The position numbers and the translations under genes were made by a program. From Escherichia phage BEC1-17: a stretch of 53,042 bases of DNA. Each line of letters starts with the position of its first letter. Position 1 is the stretch's first letter. Location of the stretch: sequence record MN158218. The stretch is one strand, 5' to 3'. Below the pieces are notes generated by a model. The model saw only the letters and a list, made by a program, of their open reading frames with translations. It did no database searches and was not told the origin of the DNA. Positions 34,152 to 43,457 of the stretch are shown here, in pieces.

Positions 34152-37109
34152 TTACGGGCCTAAATCATAAATATCTGCTTTAGCCCCTTTGTTTTTGTAC
34201 AGCAGGTATAAGCCCAACCCTCGTAATATTTCGCCAGAGTAAAAACCATAGTACATGGCGTTGCTTTCAGGTCCTGTACCAGTTTCAAGGCGTAACGCTG
34301 GCGACCAACCACCATCCATTACGTGTCCCGGAATACCAGTTATGTCATAGTGGTCTTCCAGTTCATTGACAAGCATATCCATCAGCTTATCAAGTCCTGA
34401 TACCGTTGACCCACAAAGGGCTGACATAGCTGCGCCAGCAAGCCATAGTCCGCACATGTGACCTGTGAAGTCTGAAGGGACCGGCAGAGCAACACCTTCT
34501 TGCGGGAAGTTAGAAGGTGACACACCTCCTGACCTTTCCATGAAGTCAAGCAACCATTTCGACCAGTTATCCACGTAAGCAATAAGCTTACTCGGAACTG
34601 GCTTACCACGGTTTACTAGCTCATACCATCCACGTGCTGCGGAGAAATAAGCACGAGGCTGGTAACCTGACCATGCACTACCATTACCCCAGTGATACAT
34701 GGTAAACGTATCAGGTACACCATATTTAAAGTTATCCCAACGGTTCCAGATAAAAGCAGATGCACCAGGACCTAGCTGACCAAACTTCTTAAAGTACCAT
34801 TGCTGAGAATCGTACAAAAAGTTAACCATGTTGTTCAGCCTGATTGTACCTGCTGCAGTATCGTCATGCGTAAAGACAAACGGATACTGATAACCAGGGT
34901 AAGGTATACCGTGCCAACCATCGAACTGTTTAGAATCAGGGTTATAAATGTTGGAGAACGGAATAACACCTGGCGTGTAAGCAAGGTTATCATTCTCGTA
35001 GTCCAGCACAGTACAGTCACCTAGCTTAGCTGTGTACGGGTTATCAGCCGAGAAAGTAAGACGATACTTAATCGTGTAACCAATTGGCCAGTTATAGCGA
35101 GGCGGAACATCATTCACACAGTACCAACTAATACTTGTCGACGTATTAACACCGTCAGGCAGTACAAACGAGAACTGCTTAACCTCGCCGAATTGTGGGT
35201 TAGCTGGTGGTGTACCTGTGTTTTCCTGGTATGACGCCAGCCTGAACTCCCATGTACGAATCTGCTGAGTTACCCAGCCTGGTGCGGCAGGTAAATCACG
35301 TACCCAACTCCAGCCTTGCGCGTCAGTTACTTTGATGCACAACGGACCTGTAGAAGTATACGTCAGCGAGTTTAAAGGTGCCTGTGAAGATTCCAGTAAC
35401 CAAAAGCCTATAATGGCACCTGACGAACTATCAGGTATAGTCATACGAACAGTGTTGCCACGTCTGTTGTCGAGTATGTCAGTACGATAAGACACTGCAA
35501 TAGTGGCATTACCATAATCAGTGGATGAACGAATATCAGCTAAGATATACTCAGAACCGTCTGGCTTAGTACCTGCGACAAAATCGCTTAACGGAATGTC
35601 GTAGTTAGCAGGAGAAGCACCAAGAGCAGGTAGCTGTGTGACAAAACGATAGACGTTTTGCTCGACGTCAACCTTTTCACGGTTCATGTACATTTCCACC
35701 TTGACACTGATATTCTGACCAGCGTCATCTTTACCACCAACCTCGGTACGTATCTTAGCTGTTGGCTTACACTTAAACCATACAGCCTGTTGCTCCAGAG
35801 ATGATTGAGCTTTTTGGTTCTGACGTAGAACTATATAACCATTTTCATCACGTGAATATATAGCTTGTGCCAGTTCAGGATAAGTCCAATCATAAGAGAT
35901 GCCATCAGTAAACGGAGACGACGCGTGAGGGTCTTGTCTGAAGAACTGGTCTTGTTTATCAATATCAATATACTCCTCCAGTGTAAACAGGACAGCTCGC
36001 CAAGCGTTGTAATACTTTTGCTCGTTAGTAATTCGCCACAGCATATAGCAGCAGTCACAGAACCACAACTCAGCATCAGCAGCATTACCGCGTTGAAGCT
36101 CACCGTACAATGGAACGTTTACCGGTCTGTTGTGCCATACTTCATTTCGCTTAAGCAAATAACCACCGTGTTCAACAGGAAGCTTAACGGCATAGTTAAG
36201 CAGATACACACCGTTAACAGTGTGGTCACGGAGTTGAATCTCACCTCTACGAGAGTCAGGCAGTCCAGTCTCAAGAATCTCGCCTCCCCATAGCTCATCG
36301 TTTTTGCCAGGTAGAACACCAATCTTGTTATTGGTCCACGCAACAATATACTCGATGAGATGTACAGGAGGTTCAGCAGCTGACCAGTCCACAGTGTAGC
36401 TTGGTTCGCCCAGATACCTCGGCCAGTCAATCCATGCTAACTGATTCCACGGGTCAGCTGGCATGGTAGTGATGCGATAATTGTTGTAAATATCGTCCCA
36501 GTCAACTTTATTTTTAATAACACGGACACCACCATTAATAGCAGGCCAAGCCATGTGTCCCCTGTGGGCCCAAGTAGCAACATCCAGGTACTCGCCCCAG
36601 AAAGGAGAACCATGAGGGATTTGTGCTTTGCCGTTAACAAATTTAACTGGCACATTTTTATAGCCGCCTTGTGTTGGTGAATCAGGGTTGATTGGGAAGC
36701 TGGCTAGCACAGGCTCTTTGCCATTACAAAGCCAGTTAGCGATCCAGCGACGAGGAGTATCAGGGATTGGGTCCCCCTCGTAATAGTACTTGACGTATGC
36801 ATTGAAGTACTCAATTGCTTTGTCAAGGTACCGCTGTTCCTTAGTAGCAAGGTACGCGTGAATTTCGCCGAGTATTAGCAGCGACTGACTTTCAGACGGA
36901 GCATCACCGTTAGGTTGGTACTCCATCATAGTGTGTGCAATAAAATGACGGTTGTTCGACACTACTCCTTCTGGGTTGAAGATATAGTGCTGACGCGTAG
37001 CGTCGTCAGTTCTGCCAGTATTGCGCTCAAGAAAGTGGTGGTGACCTTCGATAAGGCTTTCGACATTAGCTCGATGGTCTGATCCGTCTTTAAGCAACAT
37101 CGTGTGCAT
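34152..37109 (-). CDS. large virion-associated protein (possible glycan-binding/depolymerase-like; function unknown)
   Basis: 985 aa, Trp/Tyr/Asn/Gly-rich; located with Ig-like proteins between head-tail and sheath genes. Confidence 0.35.
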   Translation of the reverse strand: MHTMLLKDGSDHRANVESLIEGHHHFLERNTGRTDDATRQHYIFNPEGVVSNNRHFIAHTMMEYQPNGDAPSESQSLLILGEIHAYLATKEQRYLDKAIEYFNAYVKYYYEGDPIPDTPRRWIANWLCNGKEPVLASFPINPDSPTQGGYKNVPVKFVNGKAQIPHGSPFWGEYLDVATWAHRGHMAWPAINGGVRVIKNKVDWDDIYNNYRITTMPADPWNQLAWIDWPRYLGEPSYTVDWSAAEPPVHLIEYIVAWTNNKIGVLPGKNDELWGGEILETGLPDSRRGEIQLRDHTVNGVYLLNYAVKLPVEHGGYLLKRNEVWHNRPVNVPLYGELQRGNAADAELWFCDCCYMLWRITNEQKYYNAWRAVLFTLEEYIDIDKQDQFFRQDPHASSPFTDGISYDWTYPELAQAIYSRDENGYIVLRQNQKAQSSLEQQAVWFKCKPTAKIRTEVGGKDDAGQNISVKVEMYMNREKVDVEQNVYRFVTQLPALGASPANYDIPLSDFVAGTKPDGSEYILADIRSSTDYGNATIAVSYRTDILDNRRGNTVRMTIPDSSSGAIIGFWLLESSQAPLNSLTYTSTGPLCIKVTDAQGWSWVRDLPAAPGWVTQQIRTWEFRLASYQENTGTPPANPQFGEVKQFSFVLPDGVNTSTSISWYCVNDVPPRYNWPIGYTIKYRLTFSADNPYTAKLGDCTVLDYENDNLAYTPGVIPFSNIYNPDSKQFDGWHGIPYPGYQYPFVFTHDDTAAGTIRLNNMVNFLYDSQQWYFKKFGQLGPGASAFIWNRWDNFKYGVPDTFTMYHWGNGSAWSGYQPRAYFSAARGWYELVNRGKPVPSKLIAYVDNWSKWLLDFMERSGGVSPSNFPQEGVALPVPSDFTGHMCGLWLAGAAMSALCGSTVSGLDKLMDMLVNELEDHYDITGIPGHVMDGGWSPALRLETGTGPESNAMYYGFYSGEILRGLGLYLLYKNKGAKADIYDLGP

Positions 37110-37732
37110 TATTTAATCCATCCACCGTTAAAGAAACCCATCCAAGTTGCGCCTGAGTCAAAGGTCAGCAACGTAACAACATCTGTGTAACCCACAAGGA
37201 ATGACAGAACGGGCTTTCTGTTGTTGGCCCATTTTATTCTGGGATCCCAGGCAGTCACCTTGTTAGAACCAGTGCCTTGCTTAATAGCAATAGTAATCTG
37301 ACGCGCAACAGTAGACGGGTCAGACACGCCACCGATATTAATTACGGTGTTTGGCTGGTTAAGAGTAAGACTGACAATTGTTTTAGATGCAGCAGGTATA
37401 GTTACGGTAGCTGCACTTGCAACATTGCCATACTCATAGATTGCTGACGTCGAAGACACTGTAGCCTGTTCAGCTGCGGTTTCTGCAGCTTCTTTGGCTG
37501 CAATAGCTGCATCACGAGCAGCGCGCGCCTGAATAGCAGCTTCGTTAGCATTTTCAAAGTTTGGTATAGCTTCGTTGATTGCAGCGTTAATGCCTTCGAG
37601 TGTGCGTATGACACCACCTTCCGGGTTAGGGATGTTTGGGTTGTCTGACATACCGAAGTCATGAATGAGCTGGACAGCAGTTGTTAGCTTATCCAGCTGC
37701 GCTTGCAGTTCCGGGTCTACTCCAGTTGCCAT
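37109..37732 (-). CDS. hypothetical structural protein with Ala-rich coiled-coil N-terminus
   Basis: 207 aa; synteny. Confidence 0.35.
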   Translation of the reverse strand: MATGVDPELQAQLDKLTTAVQLIHDFGMSDNPNIPNPEGGVIRTLEGINAAINEAIPNFENANEAAIQARAARDAAIAAKEAAETAAEQATVSSTSAIYEYGNVASAATVTIPAASKTIVSLTLNQPNTVINIGGVSDPSTVARQITIAIKQGTGSNKVTAWDPRIKWANNRKPVLSFLVGYTDVVTLLTFDSGATWMGFFNGGWIK

Positions 37733-38259
37733 TACGGTTCCTCTACTGTACCAGTCGCTTTGTTACCGTTATCATCCATACAAGTGATGTCAACCTTGTA
37801 GATGTACGGTTGCTCAATTTTAACTTTATGTACATAGCTAATGTCGACAGTCATCATTGATTTCTGCGCATAGCCTGCACCAATAGCACCACCGACATTA
37901 TCAATCTTCGATATTTTGGTTATTGCATAATGCCGTAAACGGTTAAACTGCTTAGCTGGTGAGCTACCCAGTGCTATATGTAGCTTACGCATTAACTCAG
38001 CAGCATTCTTACCGACAGCTGTAATACGTACAGATGTCATCATAGGCTTACTGACGTACTCAAAGCCGTCAGCGCCTTGTCTGGTTCTAGGAGGTCCGAA
38101 GTCATATGCGTCGCCAGGGCGCAGATAAACATACGGTGTACCATCAACTGTACCAGACTCTTCACCAATAATACATGAACCGTCAGGTAATGTTAAAAGC
38201 TTCTGAACGAGCTCCCTGAGGTCCTTTATGTAGAATTGCTGTAACGTAGTAGTGGCCAT
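37732..38259 (-). CDS. head-tail joining/neck protein (putative)
   Basis: start at ATG 38259 with GGAG RBS; synteny. Confidence 0.3.
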   Translation of the reverse strand: MATTTLQQFYIKDLRELVQKLLTLPDGSCIIGEESGTVDGTPYVYLRPGDAYDFGPPRTRQGADGFEYVSKPMMTSVRITAVGKNAAELMRKLHIALGSSPAKQFNRLRHYAITKISKIDNVGGAIGAGYAQKSMMTVDISYVHKVKIEQPYIYKVDITCMDDNGNKATGTVEEP

Positions 38260-38560
38260 GACGACTCCATGGGTCGATACGGAATACACGGTATGGTTGG
38301 TCTTCGTATATAACGAAGTCTCCGAGCTTCAGCTCTTGTCCACTGTATATCGCAATACGTGGGAACTCATGCTCGCCATCGTCTTTAGTCAACAGGTTAG
38401 GCTGGTTGGTAGCTGCACCAGGTTGAATGTTACACAGATACTTTGCAGCTGTATATTCGTCTTCGAAGTCGCCATTTGGTAAGCGCGAATCGTTTCGGAG
38501 AAGAACATCCGTTAATGCTACAAAGGTTTTATCCTTCATTAGCGAAGTTATCTTGAGCAT
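38183..38560 (-). CDS. head-tail joining protein (putative)
   Basis: 125 aa; synteny. Confidence 0.3.
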   Translation of the reverse strand: MLKITSLMKDKTFVALTDVLLRNDSRLPNGDFEDEYTAAKYLCNIQPGAATNQPNLLTKDDGEHEFPRIAIYSGQELKLGDFVIYEDQPYRVFRIDPWSRHGHYYVTAILHKGPQGARSEAFNIT

Positions 38561-39048
38561 TATAGCCTCCAGTTTCTGCCGACCTTGTACCCTATCGAAT
38601 CATACAACTGCATAGATTCTCTAAGCGTACCAGGTCCGCGCTTGCGCTCTTCTGTCAGCTCGGTGTTAGGAGGCGGTACATCACTGTCCATTCTGTCGTG
38701 AACAGCATCGACAAGCATACGGCCTATTCTGTCGTTAAGTTCATGGGCAGTCATGCTTCCTCTAAGAACTGCAGGCACGTTATCACGGAAAGCTTTGTTT
38801 ATCGCCTGTCGACCTTTACCCCTACCACCAACAGCGCTACGAAGAAAGCTTCGTTCTGGTAGACCGTTAAGACCGTATTCATGCACCATTGCAAGCTCAG
38901 CGTTTGTTATACGATCTCTAGGGTTTACACGTCTGTTATGTTCTGGGTGAACGCCTACTGATACGCCTTGACCTTCGAATGACTTAAAGGCACGGTAGGT
39001 GAACTCGAACTTTTGTTTGTCACGACGGTAAAGGCGTATGCGAATCAT
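38560..39048 (-). CDS. head-tail joining protein (putative)
   Basis: start at ATG 39048 overlapping upstream stop (TAATG coupling). Confidence 0.3.
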   Translation of the reverse strand: MIRIRLYRRDKQKFEFTYRAFKSFEGQGVSVGVHPEHNRRVNPRDRITNAELAMVHEYGLNGLPERSFLRSAVGGRGKGRQAINKAFRDNVPAVLRGSMTAHELNDRIGRMLVDAVHDRMDSDVPPPNTELTEERKRGPGTLRESMQLYDSIGYKVGRNWRL

Positions 39049-39548
39049 TATACTCTCCGCGTTCTCAGTGATGCACCCACAAGGTGCTTGAGCATTACCT
39101 TGACGTCTGAAGTCCAAAGGTCAGTTGCACCGGTAACACCTGACTTGGAGTCGAAGTATTCAATCTCCAGGTTACCAACTTTCTTACGGCGCAAAGCCTG
39201 GTCACCGCGCACACCTTCTTCGCCGTCGTAGCTCAATACACTGGCCATCATATAAAGCTGTGCCAGCTTAACTTCTCGCGGAATTACAGACTCCGCGATG
39301 TCAACATTGCATGCACCGAGGCCAGTACGTGGCCAAGCCATGTTCTGCGCTTTGCTGACCTTACGACCTAGCCAGTTAAACTGGTTATCAAGTCGGATAG
39401 CTGCTTTGGCAGCTTGGTAGTACGGGTCAGTTCCTGGTTGAATGAGAATACCTTCGTTAGTGATAAACTCATCAACTTCTGCAGTGCTAACATACGAGTT
39501 AGCCCCCGGAACAATTGAACCGTCTTCCACAACAAGTGTGTATGCCAT
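39048..39548 (-). CDS. head completion/adaptor protein (putative)
   Basis: 166 aa; synteny. Confidence 0.3.
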   Translation of the reverse strand: MAYTLVVEDGSIVPGANSYVSTAEVDEFITNEGILIQPGTDPYYQAAKAAIRLDNQFNWLGRKVSKAQNMAWPRTGLGACNVDIAESVIPREVKLAQLYMMASVLSYDGEEGVRGDQALRRKKVGNLEIEYFDSKSGVTGATDLWTSDVKVMLKHLVGASLRTRRV

Positions 39549-39575
39549 AGAAAGCCTCCAGCAAGTTTAGTCCGA

Positions 39576-39950
39576 TTATATACCAGAACTTTTACATTGT
39601 AAAGCAGAATTAGGAATGTAGCCGCCACTTACGAATGTTTTGAGTCTATGGCAGTTGGCGCACAATGTTCTAAGGTTACTTGGATCGTCATTAGAGTGAT
39701 TACCGTCTACATGGTCCACGTCTAACTGACAAGGGTGTACAGGAATAAAACCACACTCCTCGCAATGGTCTTTTTTGAATAAGCGATAATCTCGCCTATG
39801 AGTTACTATACCATATCTTTTGTTATGGCACGTACTACAATGTGCTCTGTACTTATCTTTTGCACATTTAGATTGTAGGTTAGTACAACCTTCGGTAATA
39901 CACACACCACGAACATCTACTGGTTCCGGCTTAAGTCGTCTACGGCCCAT
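39576..39950 (-). CDS. HNH endonuclease
   Basis: HVDGNHSNDDPSNLRTLCANCHRLK HNH motif plus upstream Cys pairs; start at ATG 39950. Confidence 0.75.
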   Translation of the reverse strand: MGRRRLKPEPVDVRGVCITEGCTNLQSKCAKDKYRAHCSTCHNKRYGIVTHRRDYRLFKKDHCEECGFIPVHPCQLDVDHVDGNHSNDDPSNLRTLCANCHRLKTFVSGGYIPNSALQCKSSGI

Positions 39951-39971
39951 TACACGCCCTTTTAAAGTTAA

Positions 39972-40000
39972 TAAAAAAGCGCACGTCGTCACGTGCGCCT
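39972..40000 (-). terminator. intrinsic terminator after major capsid gene (GGCGCACG-loop-CGTGCGC + TTTTTTATT on minus strand)
   Basis: perfect GC-rich stem followed by U-tract in transcript orientation. Confidence 0.65.
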
Positions 40001-40021
40001 TTTGTTAGTCCCGTTTGTGGG

Positions 40022-40999
40022 TTAGATTGCAGACTTAGCCAGCAACATAACACCAGCGGTGTCTTTGTTGGAAGTCGCAACTTTAGACCAGGACGCCTGA
40101 GCAGCCAGGTCTTCATCAGTCGGAGACTGACCAGCTTTGTGACCGACCCAGCTGTAGCCTTTCAGCGACACGTTGAAGTCGTATTCACCCTGCATCTGAC
40201 GCAGGATGTTTTCACCACCGGTTTGCTCGGAGGTAACCATGTCGTACAGGCCGCCGACCTGAACGATTGCAGCAGACGGGGTCAGACCCAGAGTGCGGTA
40301 CTTAGCGGAAGCACCGGCGCCATCAACCAGAGCCGGGATGTCGGAAACGACATAACGACGACCCAGGAAGTCTTTGTACACGTTCAGGTCACCAATCTGG
40401 AACAGGTGTTCCGTGTTGTTGATGGCCTGGTCGATGAGAGAGTGGAACGCAGTAGAATGCATGATGTATGCACGAATCTGCTGAGAACGGTCACCCATCT
40501 TCGCGTTGACTTTGTTCAGGTTCTGCATAGTGATGTTTGCAGCAGCACCAGAGCCTGCAGTTACGTCCAGAACAACATCAGCGTTTGCACCGATAGCAGC
40601 TACCAGACATGCAGCAGTGGTGTTCAGGTAATCCTGGAACATCGCAGCAGAAGCCTGTGCAGCAACAACAGCTGCTGGTTCAGTATCACCTGCACCGATG
40701 CGACGCATCATAGTACCGGTAATGTTCAGAGGACCAACACGGCCGTCGATCTTAACAGAACGGTCCAGAATCTGGCCCAGAGTCTGCGCATCAACTTTGT
40801 TGGTGCCTGCGTAAGCGTTACGACGAGTAGCGATACCGTCAACCAGCTGCCACATTGCCTGCTCAACGTAATCACCGATTACGTACTGGTTACCCAGGAT
40901 AAGGGTACCAGCAGAAGCTTCGTTAAACTTCTGTACGTCCTGGTCAACCAGTTCGGTGGCGGTAGAACGTACTTGTTCGTTAAAAATATACAGTGACAT
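40022..40999 (-). CDS. major capsid protein (putative)
   Basis: 325 aa directly after scaffold-like gene, followed by strong terminator. Confidence 0.6.
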   Translation of the reverse strand: MSLYIFNEQVRSTATELVDQDVQKFNEASAGTLILGNQYVIGDYVEQAMWQLVDGIATRRNAYAGTNKVDAQTLGQILDRSVKIDGRVGPLNITGTMMRRIGAGDTEPAAVVAAQASAAMFQDYLNTTAACLVAAIGANADVVLDVTAGSGAAANITMQNLNKVNAKMGDRSQQIRAYIMHSTAFHSLIDQAINNTEHLFQIGDLNVYKDFLGRRYVVSDIPALVDGAGASAKYRTLGLTPSAAIVQVGGLYDMVTSEQTGGENILRQMQGEYDFNVSLKGYSWVGHKAGQSPTDEDLAAQASWSKVATSNKDTAGVMLLAKSAI

Positions 41000-41002
41000 A
41001 AA

Positions 41003-41716
41003 TTATTTGCCCCATTGTGTGTTTTGGATTTTAGCACGAGCACGTGCTATGCGGTCGTCCCCGCCTCCGAAAGTGTGCTGTTCGCCACCGCCGTTCCCAC
41101 CAGGATTAGCTCCGCCGCCGTTGGCACCGCCACCGCCAGCCTTGGTTCCACGCACAAGAGGTGCAAACTGCTTATCAGCGCGCATATGTTCCACTAGCTC
41201 ATCTGGCGTTGTAGCAGTCGGGTTACCCATAACATCCACGACAGTAGTACGCCACTTACCATCAATTTCCTGAGCGCGCAGTCGGGCCTTGATGTGTGGC
41301 ATAATAAGTGCCGGGGTGTCAGAGAGTTGGTTAGCCAGGTTCAGCGCCAGGTTATCAACCATTTGCGCTTCCAGCTGAGCTTGCAGCTGTGCCTGACGAT
41401 TAGTATACTGTTCCAGTTCAGCCTGATGTTTCTCTTTGATAGAACGCTCAAGAGATTCAACATCACGCTCACGACGTGCGCGTTCTTCTTCAGCCAGGCG
41501 AGCACGTTCAGCTTCTTTTTTCTTTTCTTCGAGAAGCTTTTTGGTGTGCTGTTCCATACGCTGTTTTTCTTTGCGCAGGTCTTCTAATTCTTTCAGCGTT
41601 TTTTCGTCTGGTTCAACGTCCAAACGGAATGCGCCAGATGCTTCGTCTTTGATATACAGGCCACGGAAGCCTTCATCAACTTCGGTAAGGTCAGTTACAA
41701 CTGTTTTAAGTGCCAT
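41003..41716 (-). CDS. scaffolding protein (putative) with Gly-rich C-terminal tail
   Basis: E/K/R/Q/L-rich coiled-coil-like sequence; position between portal and capsid. Confidence 0.5.
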   Translation of the reverse strand: MALKTVVTDLTEVDEGFRGLYIKDEASGAFRLDVEPDEKTLKELEDLRKEKQRMEQHTKKLLEEKKKEAERARLAEEERARRERDVESLERSIKEKHQAELEQYTNRQAQLQAQLEAQMVDNLALNLANQLSDTPALIMPHIKARLRAQEIDGKWRTTVVDVMGNPTATTPDELVEHMRADKQFAPLVRGTKAGGGGANGGGANPGGNGGGEQHTFGGGDDRIARARAKIQNTQWGK

Positions 41717-41893
41717 AATTTTACAATCCTATATGAGAGGGGCTCAATCCACTCAAGTGGGCTCTGAACAGGTTTGGGTCAAACCGCGCAGCCAGCCATC
41801 CGAAATCCACTGAGCCCTGCAGACTCTCGTGGCCGGCTGTTGCGCGGTTGACATGAAGGATTATATAGCCAGGTAAACCGAAAGTAAATAGCT

Positions 41894-43456
41894 TTATTCA
41901 GTTTTTTCTGGATTATTTTCCTGCCCATCGCTGTTCTTAGCTGCTTGAGCGTTCTTTTCTGCTTCTTTTGCTACCTCACGTGCATCACGTTCAGCCAGCT
42001 CTTCATCAATGAGCTTCTTAGCTTCTTCGTCAGTGAGTTTAGCAATGCCAGCCTGTTTAAGATTACTACGCATTTCACTGAACGTGATAGCGCCAGCAAT
42101 CCATTCGTTAACCAGCTGTTGGCGTTCTTGATACGTCAACTGGCTATAGATGAAGTTGTAGCTGAGGTTAATAGTAATCTCTTCTTTAGGGTGTCCGTAG
42201 AACAGACCACACCACTCGATTGCTTTACGGTAAGCAGCTTCAACGTTCTGCGCAACAGTTACGATAAGCGAGGCTTCAGATGCGGCTTCGTTTTTAATCT
42301 CAACTTCGCGTCGTTCAACTTTACCATTCTCACGAATCAGTCGAGCACCGATGGCAATCATCTGCGCTTCTTTCTGCTTCATCGCTTCAAACGGCTGGGT
42401 GTTAGGGCTGGTCTGGATAATACCTACAGCGGCGTTAGCCGGCAGTGGAATACCACCAAACGAACCGAGTCGCAGTTCACCCTTCAGAACATCTTCAACC
42501 CATGCTTCAGTAAGTCCAGACGCCCATACTGTGGGTTGACCTGTTACGAAGCATGATTCTTCGTAGTCAGCAGAGTTACGGTAGTGTGCAATGTTAAGCA
42601 CAGCTAAGTCGTACATCGGCGGAGGGTCAATCTCAGCGCTGTTTGTTTCAGAACCAATAAACTGGAACGGAATAAACTTCAGCGGTAAGCCGTTGGAGTC
42701 GCGTAAGACAACATTTTCCTGCGTGACATACAACGCACCACCGGAGACGTTCTGCGCATTCTTGTCGCCCTTATTGACCCACAAAGACTGGTTGCAATTG
42801 CCTTCTTCATCCAGGTAAAGGTGACGCCACACGGGTGTGTAGTCTTGCTGAAAGCCATCAGTAACCCCCGGTATCTGTTCGCAAATGACAACTTGAGTAA
42901 GCATCACTTTACCGTTGCGATACTCTTCCCGCCAGTTTATAATCTGCCATGGCATATACAGCGTTACAGTCGGCTGTACTTCTCCATCCATCAGCTCTTT
43001 ACGGGTAAAGCCAATGGATTCGCCAAACTCACCGATACGTGCTTTAGGGAAGTCAGTCAACAGACCTGCCCGCCCAAATGCAAGCACCGATTTAAAGCAC
43101 TTACGCATTTGCTGAATAGCACCGATACCTGCACCGTCGATATTTACTTTCAGCACTTCCATATCATCAGGCATCAGCATTTCAGGTTGCTGCTGGAATA
43201 CCAGACCAGTCATACCCGAAAGAGTTCGCTGTAGTACGTTATAGAACACAGCGCGACGCAGGTACGAATTGTACCGCATCATGTTTTCTTCTGTGCAGTT
43301 CGTAGGGTCAGGACGGGGCAAGTAGAAATCACCGCGTGCTTTAACAGCTTCCTGACCCTCGATGCAGTCCTTAATCATTCGGTACTTACCAGCGTTCTTA
43401 GTCAGCTCAGGACGCTGGTATCCGACGTTCGGCGTGCTGCTTGGGGTTATCGACAT
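41894..43456 (-). CDS. portal protein (putative)
   Basis: 520 aa immediately downstream of large terminase; acidic/Lys-rich C-terminus. Confidence 0.6.
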   Translation of the reverse strand: MSITPSSTPNVGYQRPELTKNAGKYRMIKDCIEGQEAVKARGDFYLPRPDPTNCTEENMMRYNSYLRRAVFYNVLQRTLSGMTGLVFQQQPEMLMPDDMEVLKVNIDGAGIGAIQQMRKCFKSVLAFGRAGLLTDFPKARIGEFGESIGFTRKELMDGEVQPTVTLYMPWQIINWREEYRNGKVMLTQVVICEQIPGVTDGFQQDYTPVWRHLYLDEEGNCNQSLWVNKGDKNAQNVSGGALYVTQENVVLRDSNGLPLKFIPFQFIGSETNSAEIDPPPMYDLAVLNIAHYRNSADYEESCFVTGQPTVWASGLTEAWVEDVLKGELRLGSFGGIPLPANAAVGIIQTSPNTQPFEAMKQKEAQMIAIGARLIRENGKVERREVEIKNEAASEASLIVTVAQNVEAAYRKAIEWCGLFYGHPKEEITINLSYNFIYSQLTYQERQQLVNEWIAGAITFSEMRSNLKQAGIAKLTDEEAKKLIDEELAERDAREVAKEAEKNAQAAKNSDGQENNPEKTE

Positions 43457-43457
43457 T

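Noticed and set aside
40139-40996. 285-aa plus-strand ORF
   Set aside because: Lies entirely antisense to the major capsid gene (40022..40999), with no RBS and Ser/Thr/Val-rich composition typical of shadow frames; the same judgement applies to 41945..42556, 35865..36293, 3720..4187 and 6088..6642.
41040-41160. GC-rich low-complexity DNA (CCGCCACCGCC repeats)
   Set aside because: Encodes the Gly-rich C-terminal tail of the scaffold-like protein on the minus strand; no spacer-repeat periodicity.
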